Shown here: positions 41,363-52,035 of the stretch, piece after piece | How positions within the stretch are numbered: the stretch's first letter is position 1 | Layout: the number at the start of each line of letters is the position of its first letter | NCBI GenBank assembly: GCA_010093995.1 | Contig: ML992506.1 | Location: 1,567,508-1,631,507 of the forward strand | Origin: Elsinoe ampelina | Taxonomy: Eukaryota | Reading direction: 5' to 3' | Length of the DNA stretch: 64,000 bases | Position numbers and translations under genes: made by a program | Notes under the pieces: model-generated | Databases searched by the model: none | What the model was told of the DNA's origin: nothing | The model's input: the letters and a program-made list of their open reading frames with translations, nothing else

Positions 41363-42488
41363 ATGTTCTTCAAGCGCCTCTCCCGGTCGCGTTCCAACAG
41401 TCAGTCATACGTCGACGACTACGCTCCCCGCCACGACAGCAAGGCAAACTCGGGCGCATACGACGACGAAGATTACCAGCAACAACGACCAGGTTCTTCA
41501 CAATTGCCAAACTCTTCCGCGCCACTTCACAAAGGCGCTCAGAACATGTACTCACCTCAGGACGTCCAACAACAACAAGATTACACCACACCACCTCTCT
41601 CGCGAGGTGCCGCAAATGCTAATGGCTATGGCGGCGGTGCCCCGCGCAGATCCAGCATTGGTGGTGGTGCTGCAGCCGCACCCCTCTCGAGCGAAGCTGC
41701 ACCCGATCTCCTCACACGAGCATTCAACGAAGCTATCCGACCATACACGAACAAACTCGAGGAGATGGAGCTCGAGCTGGGTGATTTGAGAGCCTACGTC
41801 GAGCAACTCGAAGCTCAACGAAAAGAAGTGCACGCCTGGATCGACAAGCGTGGACTTCGACCTGGTACGCCTCCCCTTGACACCCATTTCTGAAACCTCA
41901 CTAACCTCCCCAGACGTCCCCCCCTCCATAGCCTCCCAAATGGACGCCTCCTCCCCCTCCAACCCCACCCACGCCGCAGCCACCCTCAACGCCCAACTCG
42001 ACCGCAAAATCACAATCGTCAACTTCGACCTCCACCGCCTGCAGGACGACCTCAACGACTCCCTCCCCACCCCGTCCTTCTCCGCCTGCATGCTCAAATT
42101 TCTGCCCGACATCGCACGCCTCTCCGCACTCCCCTCCGGCCCCAAATTCTCCTTCGACCTCCTCCTCAAACTCGGCGGCAACCTCAACTCACACGGCGGT
42201 CTCGAGACAGGCGACGAGTCCGACTTGCGCGAGCGGCGCTCGTTCTACGCCAAGCTGGACGACGCGATGGTCGATGTCGTGCAGGGAAGATTCAGGGAAG
42301 AGGGCGAAGGGTGGGGCGTCCAGCGTGAGTTGAAGCGGATTGAGAAGACGGGGGCGTACTTGAGGAACTGGGGCGTGGAGCCGTATTTCCCCAAGACGGT
42401 GGAGGTCATGCGTGATGGTATGGGGATGGGTGGGGGAGGGATGGGCCATGTTGGTGGGGGTGGGGGGACGCCGCCTGCTTACCAGTAG
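41363..42488 (+). CDS. Hypothetical fungal protein with coiled coil; intron 41865-41913
   Basis: PDLLTRAFNEAIRPY...heptads...WIDKRGLRP|DVPPSIA...QLDRKITIVNFDLHRLQDDL. The intron has gtacgc, ctaac and cag. Confidence 0.8.
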
Positions 42489-43364
42489 AACAACGATGAG
42501 ATGGGGGCCAGGCAGCGGTGTGGTGGATTGGGAGGGGTGAGGAGACGGGTCAGTGATAGAGGAAAGAGGGCGGTGAGGTTTGCGGCTGAGGCGGTTGAGG
42601 GAAGATCGAAGAACAATGACGGGGAAGTAAACGGTATGATGGCCGACAAAGTCGAACAGGACAGGGAGTTGTATACCAGGATGTCCCCGTCCCGACCTGA
42701 ACGAGCAGGTGGAGGTCGAGAGGGTGGAACAGAGTAACGAGATACGACTTTGATACAGCTTCAGGTCTGATGGATAGAGATCGGACGTAATACAATCACC
42801 ACTAATGGCCTCCCTCCTTTGCCTCCTGTCTTCCTGTCTCTCTCGGTCTTTGTTCCCTCTCCCCGTGCAAATGTTCCTGGCATTTACATGGGGACTACCT
42901 CACAGCCACAAGGGTCTCTTCTGCCTCAATTAACAACATACTGCCGACTCAACTCGTCAGTCTTCCAAGTTTCCTGATCGCCTCTTCACCTTACATCTCC
43001 CCGAGACATATCTCCACGAGAGAGTCGCTCCACACCCGCCGAGAACATCACGAGAGACGTGAAAGGCTGCAATGAATACTAGGGGATAATCAAGATGGAT
43101 ACATCATACCAATTAGACTACACCATCTATCCCCGTCTTCAGCAGCAGACGGCAATCCACCAGTCTCCAGACACTCCTCCATGCCAAAAGAAAAACCATA
43201 CTCGACTGTCCCATGCCAAGTCCGAGCTCGCTAGTAATGCTATTTTTCGTACCGTCGTTATATTCCCCCCCCCATCCGTATCGATGCTTTTTCGGCCGTC
43301 AAAAGTTAGGTATACCGTCTTCCTTCCTCAATCTCATGCTCTTGTCCCGCGCACATGGCAGTCC

Positions 43365-45716
43365 TCACATTTGCCTCACAGTCCCTGCGTCCGAACCGCC
43401 CTGTACAACCCTCACACCTTCCCCGACATCGACATCACTCCCGCCGTCATCGTCCACCTCGATCCTCTCATCCCCTCTCACGCCGTCTCCCAAACCCGCC
43501 ATCCTCATCAATCCAGGCAACACATCCCCCTGTCCCTGCCCATGATTCTGACCATGCATCATCGCCTGTCCCATACTAATCCCCGCGTCTACCCTACCTC
43601 CTTGCCCAGCGTCGCCTGGCGCAGGCCACTCGTCCGCGTCAAGGGTCATGCTAGGCAAGGGCGGTGGGATGGGAATAGCTTGGCCCTGAACCTGAGTCTG
43701 CCCTTGCGTCTGCAGCCCGTGGATCGGAGGAGTCTGACCTGCCACTCCGCCCATGATCCGCGTGTAGACCGGTCCTGGGTGGACGAAGCGGGGGTTGATG
43801 AAGTTAGCTAGTTCATCGAAGCGGATACTTGTACGGCCTTGAGGTGTGGGAATGAACGACATTGCGCCTGCGTTCATGCGGGTAGTCCGTGGGACAGTGA
43901 CGGTGGGTAGACCCTCATCCGCGTCGTTGGGGGTAGGGATACCGTCATCCTCGAGGTCTTCGTCGTCCAGAATGTCCTGCGGTGGAAGGGTGATGTGGCG
44001 GACACGACGATGGGGTGGGGGAGCGGGACGCATGATCTCGTCGCCTTCCGCATCGGGTGGGTAGCTTTCGATCTTGTTGAGATGTTCGCGAAGGCGGGAA
44101 ACACCGGGACCGGAAAAGACGCAGAAGACGTCGCGCTGGTGGTCGTTGAATTCTTGGGGGGCTTCGCGGCAGAAGACGGTAAGGTCTTCGCGGAGGAAAG
44201 CTTGAACTCCGGTAAGAGAGAGGTGAGTCAGTCGAGGGCAGTTGTTGAGAAGGACGTGGATGCCCTCAATCGTCAGGGAGGTACAGTAGCTGAGGTGGAC
44301 GCGTTCGAGAACGTTGACGCTGTGACCGGAGCGAGAAGTGCCATGGGGCATTCTACCACCGTACGTCGCAAGAGCGTGTATAGATCTATCCGTGATACCA
44401 GCGCACTTGACGAGACCAACGCGCTTCAGCTTGGGAAGACTACTGGCTAGCAGAACGATACTGGCGTCTGTGAGATTGCTGCAACAGGCGAGGTCAATGT
44501 ACCGAATGCGGGTACAGCTTCGCGCGAGAGCCTTGATAGACTCATCCGTGAGACGGGTACAGTGTCCGAGATGAAGGTAGTGTAGATTCTTGCCGAGCTT
44601 GCAGATAGAGAACACGGCTCGATCGGTCAAGTGCCTGCACTTGGCCAGAAGCAAGTTGCGGAGACGCGGACAAAATTGCACAATCTTCTCAACAGCCTTA
44701 TCACCAACATCGACGCAGTCGGTCAGGTCCAGGATCCTCAGAGATTCGAACGGCGCAGTCTTGGAAGGGATTGATGTGAAAGCGCTATCACCGATTCTCG
44801 GGCACTTCATCAGTCGGAGCTCCCGGAGTTGGCGGCACGAAGTCAGGAGATGCGTGACCGAAGGTGATTCGACAGCTGGCAGGTCATACAGGTCGATCTC
44901 AAGCAGATGAGTACTGTTGGCCGCGACAGTCATGATAGACTTATCCGTCAGATTGGTGCAGCTGTTAAACTTCAACCTTTTGAGATGCCGACAATTGCGC
45001 GCCACAGCTACGACGGACTCATCGGTCAATCTTCTGCATCCAGAAATGTTCAGTCCTTGAAGTCTCACGCAATTGTTTGCGACTGTCATGAGTGTAGTGT
45101 CTGTGATGTTCTCCATCCCGGTGACGTCCAAAGCGATCAGACTGCGATTGCCTTCGATGAGTGTCTTGAGACTCATGTCGGTCAATTTGGAGCAGGTCGT
45201 GAGCGTCAGCCTTTCGATGCGCTTGCACACCTGCAGAGGCAGCAGTGTCCCATCGCTGACCTGAGCACCTAGCGTTGACATGTTCAGTCTCTTGATCAGG
45301 TCCTGGTATGCGAACATCTTCTCCACCTTCCTGATCGATCTGATGACATTGTGTACGCTTGCCCAATTGTTCATGGACGGTCTGTACCATAGCAGCCCGA
45401 CGCTATTCCTGGCCCACTCTTTCGAGACCAGTACGCAGGCCTGCAAGTCTTTTGTCGAGGATAAGCGGGAGAAAATGCTGATCAGGATCTCGGCTGGTAG
45501 GCGGTAGACAGGTATTTGACATCGTCGCAGGTACCCCTCGTCGTCGGCACTATCGCTAACCATGCCTGCGTCGGAAAGTGTGAGTGCCAAGGACGACTGT
45601 GAATCATTGGCTTGCAGCATGAAGGAGTCATTGTCGTCGTCTGCACCTCGTTCGGGAGATGTTGAGGATGATGATGACGGCGATAAACGCCTCTGTAATC
45701 GTCCGACTCTTGACAT
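43365..45716 (-). CDS. GRR1: SCF F-box/leucine-rich-repeat protein Grr1 (GrrA)
   Basis: F-box (LPAEILISIFSRL...CVLVSKEW...LLWYRP), about 12 cysteine-containing LRRs, and the Grr1-typical LERVHLSYC and FCREAPQEFNDHQRDVFCVFSG. Confidence 0.93.
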   Translation of the reverse strand: MSRVGRLQRRLSPSSSSSTSPERGADDDNDSFMLQANDSQSSLALTLSDAGMVSDSADDEGYLRRCQIPVYRLPAEILISIFSRLSSTKDLQACVLVSKEWARNSVGLLWYRPSMNNWASVHNVIRSIRKVEKMFAYQDLIKRLNMSTLGAQVSDGTLLPLQVCKRIERLTLTTCSKLTDMSLKTLIEGNRSLIALDVTGMENITDTTLMTVANNCVRLQGLNISGCRRLTDESVVAVARNCRHLKRLKFNSCTNLTDKSIMTVAANSTHLLEIDLYDLPAVESPSVTHLLTSCRQLRELRLMKCPRIGDSAFTSIPSKTAPFESLRILDLTDCVDVGDKAVEKIVQFCPRLRNLLLAKCRHLTDRAVFSICKLGKNLHYLHLGHCTRLTDESIKALARSCTRIRYIDLACCSNLTDASIVLLASSLPKLKRVGLVKCAGITDRSIHALATYGGRMPHGTSRSGHSVNVLERVHLSYCTSLTIEGIHVLLNNCPRLTHLSLTGVQAFLREDLTVFCREAPQEFNDHQRDVFCVFSGPGVSRLREHLNKIESYPPDAEGDEIMRPAPPPHRRVRHITLPPQDILDDEDLEDDGIPTPNDADEGLPTVTVPRTTRMNAGAMSFIPTPQGRTSIRFDELANFINPRFVHPGPVYTRIMGGVAGQTPPIHGLQTQGQTQVQGQAIPIPPPLPSMTLDADEWPAPGDAGQGGRVDAGISMGQAMMHGQNHGQGQGDVLPGLMRMAGLGDGVRGDERIEVDDDGGSDVDVGEGVRVVQGGSDAGTVRQM

Positions 45717-46333
45717 TATGGATTATGGTATCTCGTGAGTCCAAGACGTGGTGAGATGGAAGCCGGGCTGAAGCGCGTATGCAACGGACGTGGGGTGTCT
45801 CGATGTGAAGTTCAATTGATGGAAATCGTTAAAGGTCCAATTCTTTGGGATGTGTACAATGACGAATTCCAGAGGCCAGCTCATGCAAGGCCACAGCCTT
45901 CAAATGGGGTTGTCGTGGTTCGCGGCAGGAGCACAGGTGTTCCCTAGGGATGCGTGACGATGTCGATTGCGTCGTGTTGGTTTCCAGTAAAGTGAAGAGT
46001 GCGGCTGAGGAAGGGAGATTATAAGGTAGGCGCTTCGGTGGAGGTCGTCAGGTGGTTTGTCCGTCAAGGTCGTACAGGGTGAAATGCAAGTATTTGTGAG
46101 TTGTAGGCAGATTCAAGGTGGTACAGGGGAAACGGAGGGTGCAATTGTCTTTGTCTCTGTCATGCCTGTGAATTCAAGCCTCACCTCACGTCGCAGCCTG
46201 AAGCCGCTCTCTGATTGGCTCCCGCCTCCTTTGGGCAGATCCAGAACAGGCCGACTGACGCGCAGCACATGACTTCACTTCCACTTTCGATGATTCAACA
46301 TTTCCACTGGCTTGATTTCATCTACATGACCAT

Positions 46334-49300
46334 CTACACATCCTTGACGCGCACTTCTCGCTGCGATAGATTGCTTCCCATCCCGCCGATGTCTGTTTCC
46401 ACCAGCTCAATCCCGCTCAAGCTTGGATATCGTTTGCTGAATTCCAACTCCCAATCTCGGCCATCCGTCCCCGCCGCACTTGGCCGTCTGAGAGATGACG
46501 CTGTATCAGCAGTCGGAGACTCTACAGGAGACTCTACAGGCACATCATACAAAGGTTTATTGCCAGGTCCCGCCTCCGCAACTCCTTCTTGATCTTTTGC
46601 GAGCAGTGCCGCGAGTCGCGACCCTTGAGACTTGTCGTTAGCTGCACTCTGCCACTCTGATCTGCTTGGTGATTTGACTGGCGATTGCGGTGCTTGCTGC
46701 CTCTGACCCGTCAATCCGGAGCGGAGACCGACAGGCTTGGGCTTTGCAGCTGGTTTGGGACCGGTCCTGTTTATTCCTGGAGGCGCAGATGCAGACACCG
46801 GTGCATGTCCGGTGATAAGTTGTTGTGCCGCCTCTGGTCGCTGTCTTCCCACTACTAGATCTTCGCGAGGTTTTGGAGACGAAGCATACCCTCGACGTGG
46901 CTGATTGTAGTCTGTAGGGGAGATCACTTGAGCATTATCTGGCAGTGGTCGACGTGAAGGGACTGCCTCGGTCGGAGAGTCGTCGGTATATCGCCCGTAC
47001 CCAGCGGCCGTTCGAGTCACTGGTGCGGATCGTCCCTCGTCAAGCAACGACTGTACTCGCTGTTGTATTGAGCTTGCGCGAGTCGCTTGTGGAGCAACCG
47101 GTGGCCTCTCTCGGTATGCAGCAGCGGCATTGGCAACTCGCTGCTCTTCTTGGCTTTGTTGCTGCCTCTCCATTTCGCGTCGCATTTCTGCTGGGATGTC
47201 TTCTGTCTCCTCCAATCCTCCAATGTCTATCAGCGTGGGCCGGGGCGATGCAGAGGTAGCTTCTGACGCAGCGACAGGACTGAGCGGTCGATTGTCGCCA
47301 AAGTCCTTCGTCGGACTCGTTCGCCTCGCTGGTAAGGTTGTCGTCTCTTCTTTCGTTGAATCTTCTCTGCTCATGAACCGTGTCGCGCCCTCCTGCATCA
47401 TGACTGGCGGCATGCTAGCTCGCTTGCTCCGTAAGCTCAAACTGTTCAGGTTCTGCCGCTCCCACGTATCCACATCTTGCTCTAGACTTCGAAGATATGC
47501 CGTGTCGTCCTTGATAGGTCTACTCTCCTCTGGACTAGCGGCGCTAGACAATCGTTGTCGACTAGACCTGCGACTGCCATGTGCTGGAGGACTCTTCGCT
47601 ACAACGCTTTCATGATCCCGTAAATAGTCAAGATTGGAACCCACGTAGGCTGCACTCACTGGCCGGGACCGATTGTTTGTCGATCGTGCCCTCGTGAGAT
47701 TTGATTCATTCTCGCCGCCGAATGACGGTTGCGACTGTGGTAGAGGCCGGGATGGAGGAGCCGGGCTCTTCGAGGGCTGCGATTCTGGGCGTGGTGATGG
47801 CTGTAGAGATCTCGCCGTTGCGACTGAGGATCTCTGGAGCTCGCTCGTAGCCACAGATGATCTTGGCTGACTTTCCGAACGGCCATGGCTTGGTACTCGC
47901 CAGATCGGCCGATTATTGAATGCCGGAGGTGTCGGTCTTGACTGTGGAGGAGGCGTCGAGGAAGTCATGGTACCAGTGGACACATATGTTGACCTTTGTG
48001 GTATTGGCTGTGCAGGCAACGGCTTGTCAGATAGTGGGATTGTAGTGCTCTTAGCCGGCTGCCTTGGCGGTGCACTTGCCGTAGATCGCTCGCTGACCTT
48101 GATGTCAGACGGTCTAACAGTTTCGCGCGGTGGCACCGCTGAAGCTTTGCTTCCCGCTTCAGGTATACTTCCTACAGGTGTTGTCATATCTTTCGAAAAT
48201 TCGAATCCAGGCTGCTTATCCATGGTGATGGAGAATTCGTCAAGAGAAGGGAACTTCTTGGACAACTCGTCGACCGCTCCAGCCCGAACATTGAAGTCCT
48301 TAGAGTCCAGCGCAGCGAAAGGATCTCCTTTGACAGACCCTTTGACAGGAGAAGGGCTTGCTTTCGGTCTAGATGCTTGCGGCTGCTGGGTCGGCGCGGT
48401 CGGCCTGCCCCGACGCATGGGCGTGATGTCCGGGAGAGCTTCCTTCTCTTGTTTCGGTGCCCCAACACTTATTCCGGCCGGCGGAGGCGAAGTGACTTGC
48501 GGTGAGGAGGGAGGCAGACGTTGGTTCTTGACGTCTTCGGACTTGGATCTATTCGAGTAGATCTGGAAGTGTCAATGTGCGGCCCACTCACGGAAAAGGT
48601 AGGTACTCACGTCTTTGATGGGCACGGGAGTTCCTCTGATACTGCAGACCTCTTGAATCACTTGGTAGATGTTTGGCCTATCCTTGGGATTCTCTTTGAG
48701 CATCACGGCTAATACTGTCAGTCGCTGCACGTAACGAATGCTGGGTCTCCTTACTGATGAGCCCACGAAGCCGCTGGGAGAAGAAGGGATGGTGTGGGAA
48801 CTTGAACTTTGCGTTCAAGATCGCCATTTGCCCAACCTCCTCGAAAGGCGTAGTGTAGTAGCATAACTTGTATAGTAAGACCCCAAGCGCCCATATATCA
48901 CTCTTCTCGTCGATCGGCTGCTTACGCCAAACGTCGATCATTTCTGGACTCCGATACTGCATGGTCGTGTGTCTCTGAACATCATCCTCGATCAACCGTG
49001 CTTCGGCGGCATTCGTTGCCGCTGGTCGTGGAGGAGCCGTACTGCCGAAATCGCATAGCTTGTATAGCGCGTTTGGAGAGGTTGCTGGCGGTGCCGAAAT
49101 GAGGATGTTCTCAACCTTGAGATCTCTATGAAGAAGCGGTGGCTTCAAGTAGTGCATAGTAGCTACACCTTCTGCGGTGTCGGAGAAGATCTTTAGGATC
49201 TCTGGCTCCGTCAAGCGATATTGTAGTCGGGTATTCATAAAGTCGATGAGCCCTCCACCAGCGCAGAACTCCATCAGAAGGAAAACCTCGTAACCTCCAC

Positions 49301-49670
49301 CTTTCAACTGACTGGCGTGGCTGTCGAAGTATCGAACAATGTGCTTGTGTCCTTGTAGCTTCTTCATCGTCTCCACCTCTGTCCTCATGTTCGCCAGTGC
49401 TTCTTTGTCCGGTACCGCGACTCTCTTGAGCACCGCCGTCTCGTACTTGCCATCTTTTGAAGGTACTCGTACAACATAGACATGAGCGAATCCTCCCTCG
49501 GACAGGTACTTCTCGATCACAACCCGATGCGATCCCACCTGAACTTTCGTGCCTGGTGCAAAGGTCCCTGGTGGTGCGCTAGTGACAGCCATCTGCTGTG
49601 GTCGATGGCCTGGAACTGCTCTTTGCGCCATCTGGCTTGATCCAGGTGCTGGGTAATTCATGGTTGCCAT
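46334..49670 (-). CDS. Ark1/Prk1 (NAK) family Ser/Thr kinase; introns 48754-48709 and 48610-48563
   Basis: LSEGGFAHVY, HRDLKVEN, LCDFGS, TTMQYRSPEMID and KLCYYTTPFE, plus a long P/S-rich tail with DPF and FSKRYPSLSGIE. Confidence 0.93.
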
Positions 49671-50059
49671 AGCTGAAAGTGGATGCCTGAGAACCGACCA
49701 GGTCTGAGGGGGGATTGCTCTACCGCATGTCTTGTGAGGTGGGTCGGTGAAAGCTGTATGTACAGGGCTCCTCGGTATCCAAGTGTGAAGTCAATTGCTT
49801 ATGAAAGGCAATGTCGCGAGCCCGTCGAGTCAAGTGGTCGAGACGGTTGAAGCTCGTGCCTTCGTCATGGGGTGGATGCCGAGACCATTTCAGGGACCGA
49901 CTCGTTGCAGTCTCCCTTCAGCCGCACGCTTCATCGTGCTTCCTTTCTTCCATCATCAATACATATTTCAGTCATCGACACGCCTCCCTGAAACTCATCA
50001 TATGACAGTAGACAGCAGTGTCAGCCACGATGCGAGCTCTTGGTTACTACACATGTATG

Positions 50060-50920
50060 CTATGAAGGCCATTTGACAGCAAGATGGTCGATCAACCATC
50101 TCCGGATCTTCTCATAATCTCTACATTTGTGCCTGGAGTCGAAGTCTGACCTCTCCCCAATCGGCGCCTCGGGGTCGATTTCAACGAGCATGGGTGCCGT
50201 ATCGCCATAACACATCAATGTCTTCCGGAGCTCTTCGATACAATGGTCGGTGTGCATGCGCCGACCCACCGCTGTACTCTTCTGCGGATTGGTGAGGTTG
50301 TGACGCTCATAGTAATCGCCCCAAGTGTACTGGCGGATGTAGTCGAGACAATGCAGCTGATGGAAGACACCGATAGCCGCTGCGTAGCCGCCGCCCTTGT
50401 CGGATGCCACTGTCTTCCAATTCTTTTCTACTTTGACCCCGGTCACGAGATGGTGCAGTTTATCACGAGGTACGCTGACTTCACCATCTGTCAAAGTCAG
50501 AGTCCGCACAGTATCGAAGGTGAGTTGCATACAATCCCACAATTCTTGCCACAGCTTCTCTCGCTCTATGGTTGGTGGACCTCGGAATGGGGTCTTATGG
50601 GAGAACATGTTATCGAAATTGTGTTCGTAGTATTCGACCGCTTCGTTGGCAGGGGCTAGGATTATCAGCAAGCAGGAAAGAATAGGCTGAGAAGTCCCAC
50701 AATAGACGCTCAATCTTTTGACACACTCGGCTTCAGCCACGGGAAGGAACATGAAGATGGCGGCGGCGATGGATATTCCAGCCGCGAGAGACAGCATCAT
50801 CAGAGAGGCTACAACGGGCCCCGGCCATGGCACTAGGCTATTGACTTTGGGCTTCCTGTGCTGGCCCAGCAATGCCTCATTTTGCTCATCGTCTTCGCTC
50901 TGATTGTGATCGGAGTCCAT
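50060..50920 (-). CDS. DUF3328 (UstYa-like) oxidase; two 45-nt introns (50700-50656, 50532-50488)
   Basis: N-terminal transmembrane anchor, FRGPP..E....W, two HxxHC motifs (FHQLHCL and HTDHCIEELRKTLMCYGD) and C-terminal HKCRDY. Confidence 0.93.
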   Translation of the reverse strand: MDSDHNQSEDDEQNEALLGQHRKPKVNSLVPWPGPVVASLMMLSLAAGISIAAAIFMFLPVAEAECVKRLSVYCGTSQPILSCLLIILAPANEAVEYYEHNFDNMFSHKTPFRGPPTIEREKLWQELWDCMQLTFDTVRTLTLTDGEVSVPRDKLHHLVTGVKVEKNWKTVASDKGGGYAAAIGVFHQLHCLDYIRQYTWGDYYERHNLTNPQKSTAVGRRMHTDHCIEELRKTLMCYGDTAPMLVEIDPEAPIGERSDFDSRHKCRDYEKIRRWLIDHLAVKWPS

Positions 50921-51204
50921 TGCCTTTCTTAGAGTTGTCAACGACAGTGACGATAGAGGCTAGAGATCAACCCTTACTAGACATGTATACTGGCCGAGAT
51001 GGGCCGACCAAAGTGGTTGGACGAGGAAACCTGGATTCGGCCAGTCTCTACATGGTCAGCTGATGATCAGCTTACCAGCTTGACACAACACACACGCCAA
51101 TCCCGGCAAACCACTTCCGCAACCCCTTCGGTCTGTCTCCTGATCAATGTCGTTCGAAATCATCTCGATACGCTATACAACGTACTACACGAGACCCATA
51201 CACG

Positions 51205-51372
51205 ATGCAAGTGCACACCATCGTCACGACGCTTCTGCTCGCTACCTGGCGATTCGTCTCTGCTCTGCCGATACCTATCAACATTCCTCCTGGCGCCGAC
51301 ACCTCAAACATTAGCTATGCCTACCAGGATGAAATCGACGCCGCAGATCCTTTCGAAGTTCTAGGAGAATAA
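51205..51372 (+). CDS. Small predicted secreted peptide (55 aa), candidate RiPP precursor
   Basis: MQVHTIVTTLLLATWRFVSA-LPIPINIPPGADTSNISYAYQDEIDAADPFEVLGE*. Hydrophobic signal peptide ending V-S-A followed by LP, A at -3 of the ATG, and 284 bp divergent from the DUF3328 start. Below the size cutoff of the ORF track. Confidence 0.72.
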   Translation: MQVHTIVTTLLLATWRFVSALPIPINIPPGADTSNISYAYQDEIDAADPFEVLGE

Positions 51373-52035
51373 TGTGTCGGAGACCTAGCTAGCAGGGGAT
51401 GGAGCTATCAGATCAATCGAGACACTTGGGGACCATGCAATTATCGGCTTCATATGATCAACACCGAAAGGTCAGTTGCTGTAAGAAGAGGATTAAGGGC
51501 GCTCGGGTTGAAGAGAAGCAAGAGAAGCATGACACGCAGAAGATGGTCGACGGATGATTGGGTCATGGTACTCAGATACTCGAGTATTTGTGGTTCGATG
51601 CACTTCTCGCTTTCGAGAGCCAGGCAACGGACGACAATGGCAGTGTTCAGGTTCAAGGTCGACAATAGTGACGGCCAAATTGTAGACTCGATCATGTAAT
51701 ACATTTGAGCGCAGAACAAGTGCGACGATAGAAGGCTGCGTCTTGTGAAACAGTCCCTATTCGAGATGCGCATGATCAATGATATTGTTATTGTCCTAGA
51801 CCGAGAACGGCGTAGCTTCCGGTCAGGCGACCTCGAGATTGCTACACTCGGCAGGTACATCTGCACCTTTTCGCGACTGACAACAAAGTGGCGCTCGTTA
51901 GTTCATCATGCCGCATGAGCTGAAACGCGTAGCTATCAGTCAGCATATCGCGTTAAACACAATGTAGCACCGATATATACAGCTCTCTTACCGCTTCTCG
52001 AGCATAAAGCTTGTCCAAAGCTTGTCGATTCTATC

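Noticed and set aside
46515..46540. 12-bp tandem duplication ggagactctaca
   Set aside because: In-frame PVES-PVES repeat in the disordered kinase tail; unremarkable.
51450..51866. Other ORFs between the peptide gene and the ABC transporter as extra RiPP precursors
   Set aside because: No signal peptide, repeats, Kex2 pattern or acidic-flanked aromatic core.
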